IMG/VR virus record: IMGVR_UViG_2974625740_000001
Coordinates: 19,220-83,219 of that record
DNA: 64,000 nucleotides
Source of the DNA: a virus
Lineage: Duplodnaviria > Caudoviricetes
Strand: one strand, 5' to 3'
In this document: piece after piece, positions 53,659 to 62,085 of the stretch
Layout of the letters: each line of letters opens with the position of its first letter
Position numbering within the stretch: position 1 is the first letter of the stretch
The notes under the pieces: model-generated
What the model was told of the DNA's origin: nothing
Database searches by the model: none
What the model saw: only the letters and a program-made list of their open reading frames with translations
Position numbers and translations under genes: made by a program

Positions 53659-53687
53659 TTGCGCGCCGGACAAGGCCGTGATTTACT
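53659..53687 (+). promoter_or_regulatory. dyad promoter, class I
   Basis: TTGCGC-N17-TTTACT; back-to-back with the minus-strand promoter. Confidence 0.75.
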
Positions 53688-53733
53688 GGTCTCAGACCGG
53701 GAGGACACGCCCCCCGGTCGGAAGGAGCCAGCA

Positions 53734-54039
53734 ATGGAGCAGCCCAGCACGCCGGACCGCCCGCGTTACCTGCACAACGACGACCACAAGGTCGAGCTGT
53801 ACGACACCGACGCGTACCGGGAGCGGACCTACGAGATCGGCAAGTCGGCGCGTGCCGACCGGCTGGCGGACGTCCGCCTGAGGTCGGTCGAGGTGGCGTT
53901 CAAGGTGTACAAGGAGGACCCGGCGGTGTTCGGCCTCGACGACGTCCTGAAGCTGGCCGACCGCATCGCCAGGTTCGTGGGCGACGGCGAGCCGGTCCAG
54001 GACGGCGCAGACAGCTTCCGCTTCTACGGTCGTAAGTGA
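53734..54039 (+). CDS. hypothetical protein
   Basis: RBS GAAGGAG. Confidence 0.7.
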   Translation: MEQPSTPDRPRYLHNDDHKVELYDTDAYRERTYEIGKSARADRLADVRLRSVEVAFKVYKEDPAVFGLDDVLKLADRIARFVGDGEPVQDGADSFRFYGRK

Positions 54040-54048
54040 GGGCCTGAC

Positions 54049-54474
54049 ATGCGAGTCTGGATCTTGGAAGCCACGCCCGACTACGAGCAGGGGACGCGAC
54101 ACGGCGTGTACGCCTCTGCGCTGGCCGCGTGGGATGACCTGTTCACGCTGGTCGACGCCCAGGTGTTCCCGCTGTGGAAGTTCGACATGTACGTCGGTGG
54201 GGACGAGGAGGAGCAGGGCGACACCCGGGCGATCCTGGTCCGGCTGACGTACAACTCGAACGATCAGGTCACGCTCAGGGGTGAGTACGTCAAGGGGAGC
54301 GCAGCGGGTGGCGGGGTCGCCCCGACCCTGGGCGACTGGCGCGACCTCCAGCAGGTCGCGGGGTTGCTCCGGCAGCACGCGGTGCAGGTCGTCGGCTTCC
54401 GGCCGGAGGGCGAGCACCCGAACCACCTCGCGACCGGGTCGTGGTCATTCGCCAAGCCCGATCTTCCGTTCTGA
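54049..54474 (+). CDS. hypothetical protein
   Basis: RBS GAGG. Confidence 0.6.
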   Translation: MRVWILEATPDYEQGTRHGVYASALAAWDDLFTLVDAQVFPLWKFDMYVGGDEEEQGDTRAILVRLTYNSNDQVTLRGEYVKGSAAGGGVAPTLGDWRDLQQVAGLLRQHAVQVVGFRPEGEHPNHLATGSWSFAKPDLPF

Positions 54475-54523
54475 CCCCCCGCGCGCACGCCCCCGCTGGC
54501 CTCGGCTGGCGGGGGCGTCGACG

Positions 54524-54539
54524 TGTGACGCAGGTCACA
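54524..54539. promoter_or_regulatory. CRP-like box
   Basis: TGTGA-cgcagg-TCACA. Confidence 0.55.
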
Positions 54540-54552
54540 TTGCCAAAGGTAC

Positions 54553-54582
54553 TTGCGCGTTGAGCAAGCGGTGTGGTTTAAT
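54553..54582 (+). promoter_or_regulatory. dyad promoter, class I
   Basis: TTGCGC-N18-TTTAAT. Confidence 0.75.
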
Positions 54583-54635
54583 TGTATTAGCGGCAAGGGG
54601 GAACGGCCCCCAAGCCCCACACCGAGGAGAACGAA

Positions 54636-55088
54636 ATGAACGCCACCGCCAAGATCGCGAAGACCGCCACCGCCCCCTGCGCCTGCTCCCTCGTCGTCGC
54701 CATCGACGCCGCTGGCCGCGAGACCCGCACCGGTTGCACCGCGACCACCCGCCGGACGTTCGCCCCGGGTCACGACGCCCGTCTCAAGGGGTTCCTGATC
54801 CGCGCTGGCCGCGAGAACCTGCACGTCCGCGAGGTCGGTCGGGGCGTCGCCCACGAGACCACCGCCGCGAAGTTCGCCGAGCGCTACGGGTTCGGCCACA
54901 TGGTCCGCGAGGGCATCGCCCGGACCAAGGCCCCCCGCAAGGCCAAGGCGCAGGCCCCCGCGAAGGTCGTCGGCAAGGTCGGTCGCTGGACCTACGAGGG
55001 TACCGTGACGGCCGGTGGCAAGATCTTCACCTACACCGACCGCCAGGGCCGTACGCTGATGGCGGAGAAGTTCACGATCGTCGGCTGA
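54636..55088 (+). CDS. PGHD-family paralog
   Basis: PCAC..TGC..TFAPGHDARLK; KVGRWTYEG. Confidence 0.8.
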   Translation: MNATAKIAKTATAPCACSLVVAIDAAGRETRTGCTATTRRTFAPGHDARLKGFLIRAGRENLHVREVGRGVAHETTAAKFAERYGFGHMVREGIARTKAPRKAKAQAPAKVVGKVGRWTYEGTVTAGGKIFTYTDRQGRTLMAEKFTIVG

Positions 55089-55155
55089 GGCCGACCCCGG
55101 CGGGGGGCGACGAGCCCCCCGCCCAACGTGGCACAGGTCACATCGCACAGGGTAC

Positions 55156-55184
55156 TTGCGCAGCCCGCAAGGGCATGATTTAAT
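55156..55184 (+). promoter_or_regulatory. dyad promoter, class I
   Basis: TTGCGC-N17-TTTAAT. Confidence 0.75.
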
Positions 55185-55237
55185 AGAATTACGAGGTCGG
55201 GGGAACAGCCCCCCGGCCCCCACCGAAGGAGCCCGAA

Positions 55238-55723
55238 ATGAACGCCACCGCCGCGAAGATCGCCAAGGCCGTCAAGCCCTGCACCTGCTCCAAGGTCGTC
55301 GCCCGCACCGAGACCGGCGAGCTGGTCAGCACCGGTTGCCAGGCCACCACCAAGCGGACGTTCGCCCCCGGGCACGACGCGCGGCTGAAGGGCTTCCTGA
55401 TCCGGGCGGGCATCGAGGGTCACGACGTGAAGGTCGGCGACGACGCCCCCCGCACGGCGCAGCAGGTGGCGGACCAGTTCGGTTTCGGGTACATGGTCGC
55501 CGAGGGCATCAAGACCGGCACGGAGCGCGCGTTCAAGAAGGAGCTGCGCGACCTGGCCAAGGCCGCGAAGAAGACCCACGAGACCCCCAAGCAGGTCACC
55601 TGCAAGGTCGGCCGGTGGACGTACGAGGGCGTCGTGACCGACAGCCCGAACCACGGCCCCCAGTTCACCTACACGAACGCCAAGGGCGTGCAGGTCACCA
55701 CCACCAAGTTCACCCGGGTCTGA
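55238..55723 (+). CDS. PGHD-family paralog
   Basis: PCTC..TGC..TFAPGHDARLK; KVGRWTYEG. Confidence 0.8.
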   Translation: MNATAAKIAKAVKPCTCSKVVARTETGELVSTGCQATTKRTFAPGHDARLKGFLIRAGIEGHDVKVGDDAPRTAQQVADQFGFGYMVAEGIKTGTERAFKKELRDLAKAAKKTHETPKQVTCKVGRWTYEGVVTDSPNHGPQFTYTNAKGVQVTTTKFTRV

Positions 55724-55786
55724 CCGACCCGACCGGCGGGGGCCCAACCCGGGCCCCCGCCCCGTTCCCCAGAGAGGCAGGCAGTC

Positions 55787-55963
55787 ATGAGCCGCAAGGC
55801 GATTCGCCCGAGCAACCGGGTGCAGGTCGGCGCGTCCCAGACCGGGCGCGTGGTGATGACCGGGAAGCACAAGCAGGGCGGGACCTGGGTCCGGACCTAC
55901 AAGGTCCGTTTCGACACCGACGCCATCCGCACCGTGCGCGGGCACCTCGTCCAGCCGGTGTGA
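55787..55963 (+). CDS. 58-aa basic SH3-like protein
   Basis: MSRKAIRPSNRVQVG...YKVRFD; RBS GAGG. Confidence 0.55.
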   Translation: MSRKAIRPSNRVQVGASQTGRVVMTGKHKQGGTWVRTYKVRFDTDAIRTVRGHLVQPV

Positions 55964-55974
55964 CGCAGGTCACA
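55959..55974. promoter_or_regulatory. CRP-like box
   Basis: TGTGA-cgcagg-TCACA, identical to 54524-54539. Confidence 0.55.
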
Positions 55975-55995
55975 CAGCCAAGGAACCCGAGGGAC

Positions 55996-56025
55996 TTGCG
56001 CCAACCGCAAGCGACGTGATTTAAT
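55996..56025 (+). promoter_or_regulatory. dyad promoter, class I
   Basis: TTGCGC-N18-TTTAAT. Confidence 0.75.
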
Positions 56026-56082
56026 AAAATTACGAGGTCGGGGGGCGGTCCCCCGGCCCGGACCCCAGACGGGAGCAAGAAA

Positions 56083-56793
56083 ATGACGAAGACCACCGAG
56101 GCCATCGAGACCACCGCCACCCCCTGCGAGTGCAGCCGGTACGACGCGGTCCCGGGCGACCTCAGCGAGAAGCAGATCGCCGACGGCGACTACCCGATCT
56201 GGAACACGGGCTGCACCGCGACCACGAAGCGCGAGTTCGCCCCCGGTCACGACGCCAAGCTGAAGTCGGCGCTGATCGCCTGGGGTGCCATCGACGCCGA
56301 CGTCCGCCGAGGCATCGAGCACGACTCGGCGCAGGGGTGGGCCAAGCGGTACACCTTCGGTTACATGATCACCGAGGGCATCGAGAAGGCCAAGGCGAAG
56401 CTGGCGGCCAAGGCCGAGCGCGAGGCCGCTCGCAAGGCCAAGAAGGACGCCAAGGGCAAGCCCGCCGAGCGCAAGCTGGCCGAGGGTGCCGGGGTCGTGA
56501 AGCTGGCCGACGTGGTCGCCGACGAGGAGGCCGCGCACGCCGAGGCCGAGGCCCGCAAGGTCGCCGAGCGCGAGCAGTCGGCCGAGTGGGACGACGCCCC
56601 CGCGACGCCGATCCTGGAGGACGAGGCCGCGATGAACACCCGGGCCCGCGAGGAGCGCGAGCGGGACGAGGTTCAGGCCAAGATCGGCCGCTGGACGTAC
56701 AAGGGGATCGTCAGCGAGGACGGAACGTTCTCGTACCGCACCCCCAAGGGCGAGCTGAAGACCGCCAGCGAGGGCAAGTACAAGCTGGTCTGA
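56083..56793 (+). CDS. PGHD-family paralog
   Basis: TPCEC..TGC..EFAPGHDAKLK; KIGRWTYKG. Confidence 0.8.
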   Translation: MTKTTEAIETTATPCECSRYDAVPGDLSEKQIADGDYPIWNTGCTATTKREFAPGHDAKLKSALIAWGAIDADVRRGIEHDSAQGWAKRYTFGYMITEGIEKAKAKLAAKAEREAARKAKKDAKGKPAERKLAEGAGVVKLADVVADEEAAHAEAEARKVAEREQSAEWDDAPATPILEDEAAMNTRAREERERDEVQAKIGRWTYKGIVSEDGTFSYRTPKGELKTASEGKYKLV

Positions 56794-56995
56794 TCGGCCG
56801 GACAGGGCCCCGGGAACCCCGAGAGGGGGGCACCGGGGCCCTTCTGTGTGTCCGGCGGCACCAGAGCACCCCGGCGGCACGAGAGGCCGTCCGAGACCCC
56901 ACGGAAGGCCGCGCCAGGTGTCACCGCGCAACCTCGTTGCCGTGGGCTGCTCGTGGGGCGGTGGCGGCTTGTGCGCACGAGGTGCGCCAACCCAC

Positions 56996-57025
56996 TTGCG
57001 CTCAACGTGGTCAACATGGTTTAAT
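56996..57025 (+). promoter_or_regulatory. promoter, class I
   Basis: TTGCGC-N18-TTTAAT. Confidence 0.7.
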
Positions 57026-57070
57026 TGTATTAAGAGGCCGGGGGGTCCGGTCTCGCGAAAGGGGAACCCG

Positions 57071-57259
57071 ATGTTCAAGCTCCAGTTCCGTCAGAACGGC
57101 CGACTCGTCACCTTCCGCGACCTGACCGAGGAGCAGGCCCGCGCTGGCGTTGCGTTCGCCCGGACCCTGGGCGACGCGAGCGTCGTCGAGCTTCGGGTGC
57201 AGACCCCGGCGGTGGACCGCTTCGGCCCGGTCTGGGCCGACGTCACCGACCAGTTCTGA
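57071..57259 (+). CDS. hypothetical protein
   Basis: MFKLQFRQNG...; own promoter and hairpin. Confidence 0.7.
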   Translation: MFKLQFRQNGRLVTFRDLTEEQARAGVAFARTLGDASVVELRVQTPAVDRFGPVWADVTDQF

Positions 57260-57309
57260 GCCGACCGGCCCCCGTCCGAAAGGACGGGGGCCGACCCGTG
57301 CGAGGGGAC

Positions 57310-57339
57310 TTGCGCTCAACGCAAATCGTGTGATTTAAT
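57310..57339 (+). promoter_or_regulatory. dyad promoter, class I
   Basis: TTGCGC-N18-TTTAAT. Confidence 0.75.
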
Positions 57340-57383
57340 GGAATTACGCAAGGGGGAAACGCCCCCAGCGGAAGGAGCCCAAG

Positions 57384-57674
57384 ATGGACATCACGGTCGG
57401 CGTCAAGGTCGAGGCGAACGAAGAGGGCTGGAACCACGTCTACGGTGGCGGGTGGGCCCCGACCCCGGAGAACGTCCGTCAGGCCGTCGAGGACGGGCTT
57501 TACGCGGGTGAGTCCCCCTTCGACTTCGTGACCGTCGACGCGGACGGCATCGGCGTCCGGGTGAACCTGGAGGGGTGGGCGTTCCTGATGGGCGACGAGG
57601 AGCCCAGCGAGGAGGCCGTGATCCGGTTCGTCAAGGAGGCCATCACGGCGGACGGAACGATCAAGCTGGCCTGA
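57384..57674 (+). CDS. acidic hypothetical protein
   Basis: RBS GAAGGAG. Confidence 0.7.
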   Translation: MDITVGVKVEANEEGWNHVYGGGWAPTPENVRQAVEDGLYAGESPFDFVTVDADGIGVRVNLEGWAFLMGDEEPSEEAVIRFVKEAITADGTIKLA

Positions 57675-57723
57675 CGGCCCCAGGCCCCTTCCGAAAGGAG
57701 GGGGCCGACGCGTTCCCGGGAAC

Positions 57724-57752
57724 TTGCGCGAGACGCAAGGTTGTGATTTAAT
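57724..57752 (+). promoter_or_regulatory. dyad promoter, class I
   Basis: TTGCGC-N17-TTTAAT. Confidence 0.75.
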
Positions 57753-57796
57753 TGAAATTAGAGGGGGCAGGGAGCCCCCGCCGGAAGGAGCCCAAA

Positions 57797-58159
57797 ATGG
57801 CGAACCGCGAATTCAGCGACCACGGTCGGCCGGACCTCTTCGACGAGGACGGCGAGTTCATCGGGTCGGCTTCTGACTACGACTTCTGGACCTGCCGCAA
57901 CTGCGGCGAGAGCAACCAGGGGATCAGCCTCCAGGACGCCCAGGAGAACCACGACCTGTGGGGCGACTGCGAGGAGTTCGAGGTCATGGCCCAGATCGAG
58001 GACGACGTGATTGACCCCGAGGGCAAGGCCGCGACCGTGACCCAGATCGGCGAGGGCGGCGAGGTCGCGCTGGTTCGCTACGAGGACGGCACCGAGGGCG
58101 AGTGGGACCTGGTCGACCTCCTGGTGAAGCCGGAGGAGGACGCCGACGAGGCGTTCTGA
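57797..58159 (+). CDS. very acidic protein with a CxxC knuckle
   Basis: RBS GAAGGAG; WTCRNCG; D/E-rich. Confidence 0.7.
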   Translation: MANREFSDHGRPDLFDEDGEFIGSASDYDFWTCRNCGESNQGISLQDAQENHDLWGDCEEFEVMAQIEDDVIDPEGKAATVTQIGEGGEVALVRYEDGTEGEWDLVDLLVKPEEDADEAF

Positions 58160-58189
58160 CCCCCAGCGAGGTTGCCCCGGACGCGGGAC

Positions 58190-58218
58190 TTGCGTCCGGG
58201 GCAAAGCTGTGATTTAAT
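58190..58218 (+). promoter_or_regulatory. dyad promoter, class I
   Basis: TTGCGT-N17-TTTAAT. Confidence 0.75.
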
Positions 58219-58263
58219 TGAATTACAGCAGGGGGACGGGCCCCCGGGACGAAGGAGCACAAA

Positions 58264-58536
58264 ATGAGCAGCTTCCGGAAGATCGAGACGGACGAGCTGG
58301 CCGAGGTCGTGGCGGCAGTCATCGCCGACGCCGACCTGGTGTGGTACGACCGGCTGAACGGCCTGGAGGGCAAGACGGCGTTCGTCAGCGTCAAGCACAC
58401 GCAGTACCGGGTGCGCTTCAACGGGAAGAACCTCCCGTACGTCGACGTCGCCGAGGGCTGGGGCGGGCACGAGATCCTCAGCAACGGGAGCTTCACCAAC
58501 GAGGAGTACCGGCAGATCGCCCGTCGCCTCCGCTGA
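58264..58536 (+). CDS. hypothetical protein
   Basis: RBS GAAGGAG. Confidence 0.7.
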   Translation: MSSFRKIETDELAEVVAAVIADADLVWYDRLNGLEGKTAFVSVKHTQYRVRFNGKNLPYVDVAEGWGGHEILSNGSFTNEEYRQIARRLR

Positions 58537-58555
58537 AGGAACCGCGCCCCGGGAC

Positions 58556-58585
58556 TTGCGCCCGGGGCAAGCGGTGTGGTTTAAT
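58556..58585 (+). promoter_or_regulatory. dyad promoter, class I
   Basis: TTGCGC-N18-TTTAAT. Confidence 0.75.
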
Positions 58586-58632
58586 TGAATTACACGGGGG
58601 CGCACCGCCCCCGCTGACCGAGGAGCCAGCAC

Positions 58633-59055
58633 ATGACCGACACCACGCCCGCAACGCCCGAGTGGCTGAAGTTCATCAACTTCGAGGGCCGCATCACCGG
58701 GCCCACCGCGCAGGTCATCAAGGACGTCGCCGAGTCCCGGGGGCTCACCCCCGAGCAGGTCCTGACCGAGGCCCTGTGCGCCGGTCTCAACGTCATCGGG
58801 TGGGGCAACCCGGGCCGGTCCGAGGTCGACGCCCAGATCACCCCCTGGACGCCGAACGAGGGGTGCGGCGGGTTCCACGTCGTGACCGTGGTCGCCGACG
58901 GGTACGGGTTCATCGTGGCCGAGGACCAGAACGGCAAGGAGCGCGCCCGGGTCGCGTGCCAGGACCCGGACGAGGCCGACGCGAACCCCGGCAAGGACCT
59001 GGCCGACCTGATGGCCAAGTTCACCGAGGTCGTGGAGGCCGAGCGCAACGGCTGA
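58633..59055 (+). CDS. hypothetical protein
   Basis: RBS GAGGAG. Confidence 0.7.
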   Translation: MTDTTPATPEWLKFINFEGRITGPTAQVIKDVAESRGLTPEQVLTEALCAGLNVIGWGNPGRSEVDAQITPWTPNEGCGGFHVVTVVADGYGFIVAEDQNGKERARVACQDPDEADANPGKDLADLMAKFTEVVEAERNG

Positions 59056-59110
59056 CCCGCCCAACCCGACGCCCCCGGTCGCCAGCCGGGGGCGTCGGCG
59101 TGTCGGGAAC

Positions 59111-59140
59111 TTGCGCCGACCGCAAGCCGTGTGGTTTAAT
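59111..59140 (+). promoter_or_regulatory. dyad promoter, class I
   Basis: TTGCGC-N18-TTTAAT. Confidence 0.75.
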
Positions 59141-59185
59141 TGAATTAGAGCAGGGGGACACGCCCCCTGCGGAACGGAGCCTGCC

Positions 59186-59437
59186 GTGTTCACCCACTTC
59201 GAATTCCCGGACATCGACGAGACCGACTCGGAGCTGGTCGCCGACGCGCTGCTGGCCGCCGAGGGCGTTGGGCCGATCTTCGGCTTCCGCTGTGACCCTC
59301 GGTTCGGCCCGTTCCTGGTGACCGTGGTCGAGGGCAACTGGGTGGCCCTGGCGACCGGCGAGTCGCCGACCGCCGAGGACGTCAAGGCGTACGTGTTGAA
59401 GCGGCTCGCCGAGGTGCGCGCCGAGCGCAACGCCTGA
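59186..59437 (+). CDS. hypothetical protein
   Basis: GTG with RBS GGAG. Confidence 0.65.
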   Translation: MFTHFEFPDIDETDSELVADALLAAEGVGPIFGFRCDPRFGPFLVTVVEGNWVALATGESPTAEDVKAYVLKRLAEVRAERNA

Positions 59438-59484
59438 CCGAACCCCGACCCGGGTGGTGTGACACGCGCCACCCGGGTCGGGAC

Positions 59485-59513
59485 TTGCGCGACGGACAAG
59501 CCCGTGATTTAAT
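59485..59513 (+). promoter_or_regulatory. dyad promoter, class I
   Basis: TTGCGC-N17-TTTAAT. Confidence 0.75.
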
Positions 59514-59560
59514 AGAATTACGCAAGGGGGCACCGGGCCCCCGGCGGGGAGGAGCCAGAA

Positions 59561-60436
59561 ATGAGCAGCATCAAGATCGGCGAGACGGTCCGCTTCCGGA
59601 TCGACGGCAAGCGGGTTTTCGGGGTCGTCCGCACGGAGGCCGTCCTGACCGCCAGCGGCAACCTGGTGAAGGTCCAGCTTCTGCCGGACTTCGCGCACCT
59701 CCTGCCGACCGGCTGGACCGACGCCAGCGTCGACGAGCTGACGATCGTCAAGGTCTGCGCCTGCGCGCACCTCGCGTACCGGCCGATCTGGGGTGACCGC
59801 AAGGGCGAGCTGTTCACCACGGGCTGCGACTTCAGCCGGATGCCGTCCCGCAACAGCAAGTTCCTGCCGGGGCACGACGCCCGAGCCAAGTCGTTCCTGA
59901 TCAAGGCGAGCGGGTTCGCCCAGACCCTGGAGAACGGCAAGGGCGCGCTGGAGCAGGCCCGCGAGTTCAGTGACAAGATCTCGCTGGCGGTCGCCAAGGG
60001 CATCGACAACGCCCGGAAGCGCGACGCGCAGGCCGCCCGGAGCAAGCGGCCGAGCCGCAAGCCGGAGCCCGCCCCCGCGACCCGCGAGGACGAGCTGACC
60101 GAACCGCAGAAGATCCACCGCCGGATCGGCCTTACCGAGCCGATGTTGCGGGTGTTGGTCCGGGGCGCGCTGAACGACACCAAGGGCTTCCGGGGTTGGG
60201 TCTCCGGCCCGGCTGGCACCGAGGTCGCCCTGATGAAGCGCGGGTGCACCTCGTGGGGTCGGGTGACCGACCTGGGCTACCAGGCGTGCGGTCTGCCGAC
60301 CTTCGCCGAGGAACACCCCGACCTGGTCGTCTGCAAGGACGACGAGGGCAGCTACGAGGACCACGCGCCGAAGTGGGACGAGGAGACGTTCGTCCGGGTC
60401 TGCAAGCGGTGCGGTGCCGAGGTGGAAGACAACTGA
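59561..60436 (+). CDS. PGHD-family protein with extra N-terminal SH3-like and C-terminal domains
   Basis: KVCAC..TTGC..KFLPGHDARAK; C-terminal C..H..CKRC. Confidence 0.75.
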   Translation: MSSIKIGETVRFRIDGKRVFGVVRTEAVLTASGNLVKVQLLPDFAHLLPTGWTDASVDELTIVKVCACAHLAYRPIWGDRKGELFTTGCDFSRMPSRNSKFLPGHDARAKSFLIKASGFAQTLENGKGALEQAREFSDKISLAVAKGIDNARKRDAQAARSKRPSRKPEPAPATREDELTEPQKIHRRIGLTEPMLRVLVRGALNDTKGFRGWVSGPAGTEVALMKRGCTSWGRVTDLGYQACGLPTFAEEHPDLVVCKDDEGSYEDHAPKWDEETFVRVCKRCGAEVEDN

Positions 60437-60597
60437 CACGCCGCCACCGCCCCCAAGGCCGCCCACGGCCACGATTGACGCGGTGACGACCCACGAGGGC
60501 CCCGGGGACAGCCTCCCGGGGCCCTCGGGTGCGTCCGGGCCCGGGGCCAGCCGAGAGGCCGCGAGAGCCCCCACGACAGCCCTCCGGAGCGGGTCAG

Positions 60598-60962
60598 CCG
60601 GGGGGTAACGGCAGGGGGTACAGGGGGGTACGCTGCAGGCCGTTACCCCCACTGTTACCCCTCTGACCTTTGTAACTGTGGGTGACGAAATTTAGCAGGG
60701 GTAACGGCGCTCCAGGGTGGGGGGTAACGGCCCCGAAATGCCCTGCTGTTACCCCTGCTGTTACCCCTCGGCCAAAGTGCAATTACCGACCAGTAACCCC
60801 CTCTGACCGGCAGATTTCTACTTTTTCTACATACAATTTTAATAGGGGGGTAACGGGGGTAACGGCCCCGTACCCTCCGTGGCCCAGGTGGGGGGCCATG
60901 ATTACGCTCCGTGGTCGTCCCCCCGTAGCTGCCCCGCGCACCCCGGTGGCCGTTACCCCCCC
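60598..60962. repeat. origin-like iteron array 2 (homologous to 17625-17982)
   Basis: Same order of GGGTAAC/GTTACCC copies; identical 20-nt and 26-nt blocks flanking an AT-rich core. Confidence 0.8.
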
Positions 60963-60988
60963 TCGTGCGGGCCCTCCAGCCTTATGAC

Positions 60989-61018
60989 TTGCGCTAACCC
61001 GCTGACCTGTGATTTAAT
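60989..61018 (+). promoter_or_regulatory. promoter, class I
   Basis: TTGCGC-N18-TTTAAT. Confidence 0.7.
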
Positions 61019-61064
61019 TGAATTAGCGAGGACGACCGGGCCTCACGGAGCAGGGGAGACCGAC

Positions 61065-61178
61065 ATGGACTGGAACAGCGACAAGGCGTACCAGCAGCCG
61101 GGCGAGACCGAAGAGGAGTACCTCAGCCGGATCGAGGCGGCGACGGACCGCGACGCCTGGTACAGCCAGGACGCGTAA
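61065..61178 (+). CDS. 37-aa acidic peptide
   Basis: RBS GGGGAG; MDWNSDKAYQQPGETEEEYL... Confidence 0.6.
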   Translation: MDWNSDKAYQQPGETEEEYLSRIEAATDRDAWYSQDA

Positions 61179-61196
61179 GGTCCCCCGGGGGCGGGG

Positions 61197-61226
61197 TTGC
61201 GTTAACCCGCCCCCCTGTGGTTTAAT
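61197..61226 (+). promoter_or_regulatory. promoter, class I
   Basis: TTGCGT-N18-TTTAAT. Confidence 0.7.
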
Positions 61227-61276
61227 TGCATTACGAGGTCGGGGGGTCCGGCCTCAAGCGAGACAGGGAGCACCTC

Positions 61277-61456
61277 ATGAACTTCACCCTCTTCACCGTG
61301 GAGCGCAACGGCTCGGTCTACGAGGTCAAGGACGGCGAGGGCAACACGCTGGACGCCTGCCCGGTGCCCAACCCCGAGACCCCCGAGGCGTACAAGGCCG
61401 CGATCACCGACATGGTCGCCCACGTCATTGAAGTGCAGTCGCAGTTCCTCGGCTGA
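61277..61456 (+). CDS. hypothetical protein
   Basis: RBS GGGAG. Confidence 0.65.
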   Translation: MNFTLFTVERNGSVYEVKDGEGNTLDACPVPNPETPEAYKAAITDMVAHVIEVQSQFLG

Positions 61457-61564
61457 CCAGCCCACCGGCCCCCACAGCCCGCAAGGGAGGTGGGGGCCGA
61501 CCCATGTGTCAATCGTCAATTGTGCGCAGCGAGGACCGGGGGAGGTGGCGGTGTGCCAACCTAC

Positions 61565-61593
61565 TTGCGCCCCGAGCAAGCCGGTGCTTTAAT
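61565..61593 (+). promoter_or_regulatory. dyad promoter, class I
   Basis: TTGCGC-N17-TTTAAT. Confidence 0.75.
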
Positions 61594-61625
61594 GGAACCA
61601 ACGAACTGAACAGGGGAGGCACAAC

Positions 61626-61838
61626 ATGGCACACCTGGACCTGCGCGCAGCAGCCCGAGCCCAGCACACCGAGCAGAAGGCCGGACACGCGGCGGCAACG
61701 CTGGAGACGACCCGGATGCACATGGAGGCGGACGCGGCCGAGGAACGCGGCGAGTACTACACCGCCGACCTGACCCGACGCGCAGCCGACGAGCAGCAGG
61801 CCGCCGCAAACCGGCGCTGGCGACCGCTGAGCAACTGA
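61626..61838 (+). CDS. small helical hypothetical protein
   Basis: RBS GGAGG. Confidence 0.65.
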   Translation: MAHLDLRAAARAQHTEQKAGHAAATLETTRMHMEADAAEERGEYYTADLTRRAADEQQAAANRRWRPLSN

Positions 61839-61999
61839 GACCCCACGGCCCCCGTCCCGGGTGGGGACGGGGGCCGAGCCATGCCCACGACGGCCCGGGA
61901 CGGTACCACGGAGCGCACGAGACCCCGTCCCGGGCCCAGAGGACCGGCGGCCAGCCGAGAGGCCCCGGAAGACCCCAGAGAAGGGCGCGGCCCCGGTAA

Positions 62000-62029
62000 T
62001 TGCGTAAGGAGCACACACCATGCTTTACT
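62000..62029 (+). promoter_or_regulatory. promoter, class I
   Basis: TTGCGT-N18-TTTACT. Confidence 0.6.
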
Positions 62030-62085
62030 TGTCCCAGACGCAAGGCCGCCGGGCAGGCCCCGGTCGGCCGGAAGGAGCCAGCACA

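Noticed and set aside
58078-60652. Long minus-strand ORFs 58078-59499 and 59021-60652
   Set aside because: They run antisense across several plus-strand promoter-RBS-ORF cassettes; shadow frames.
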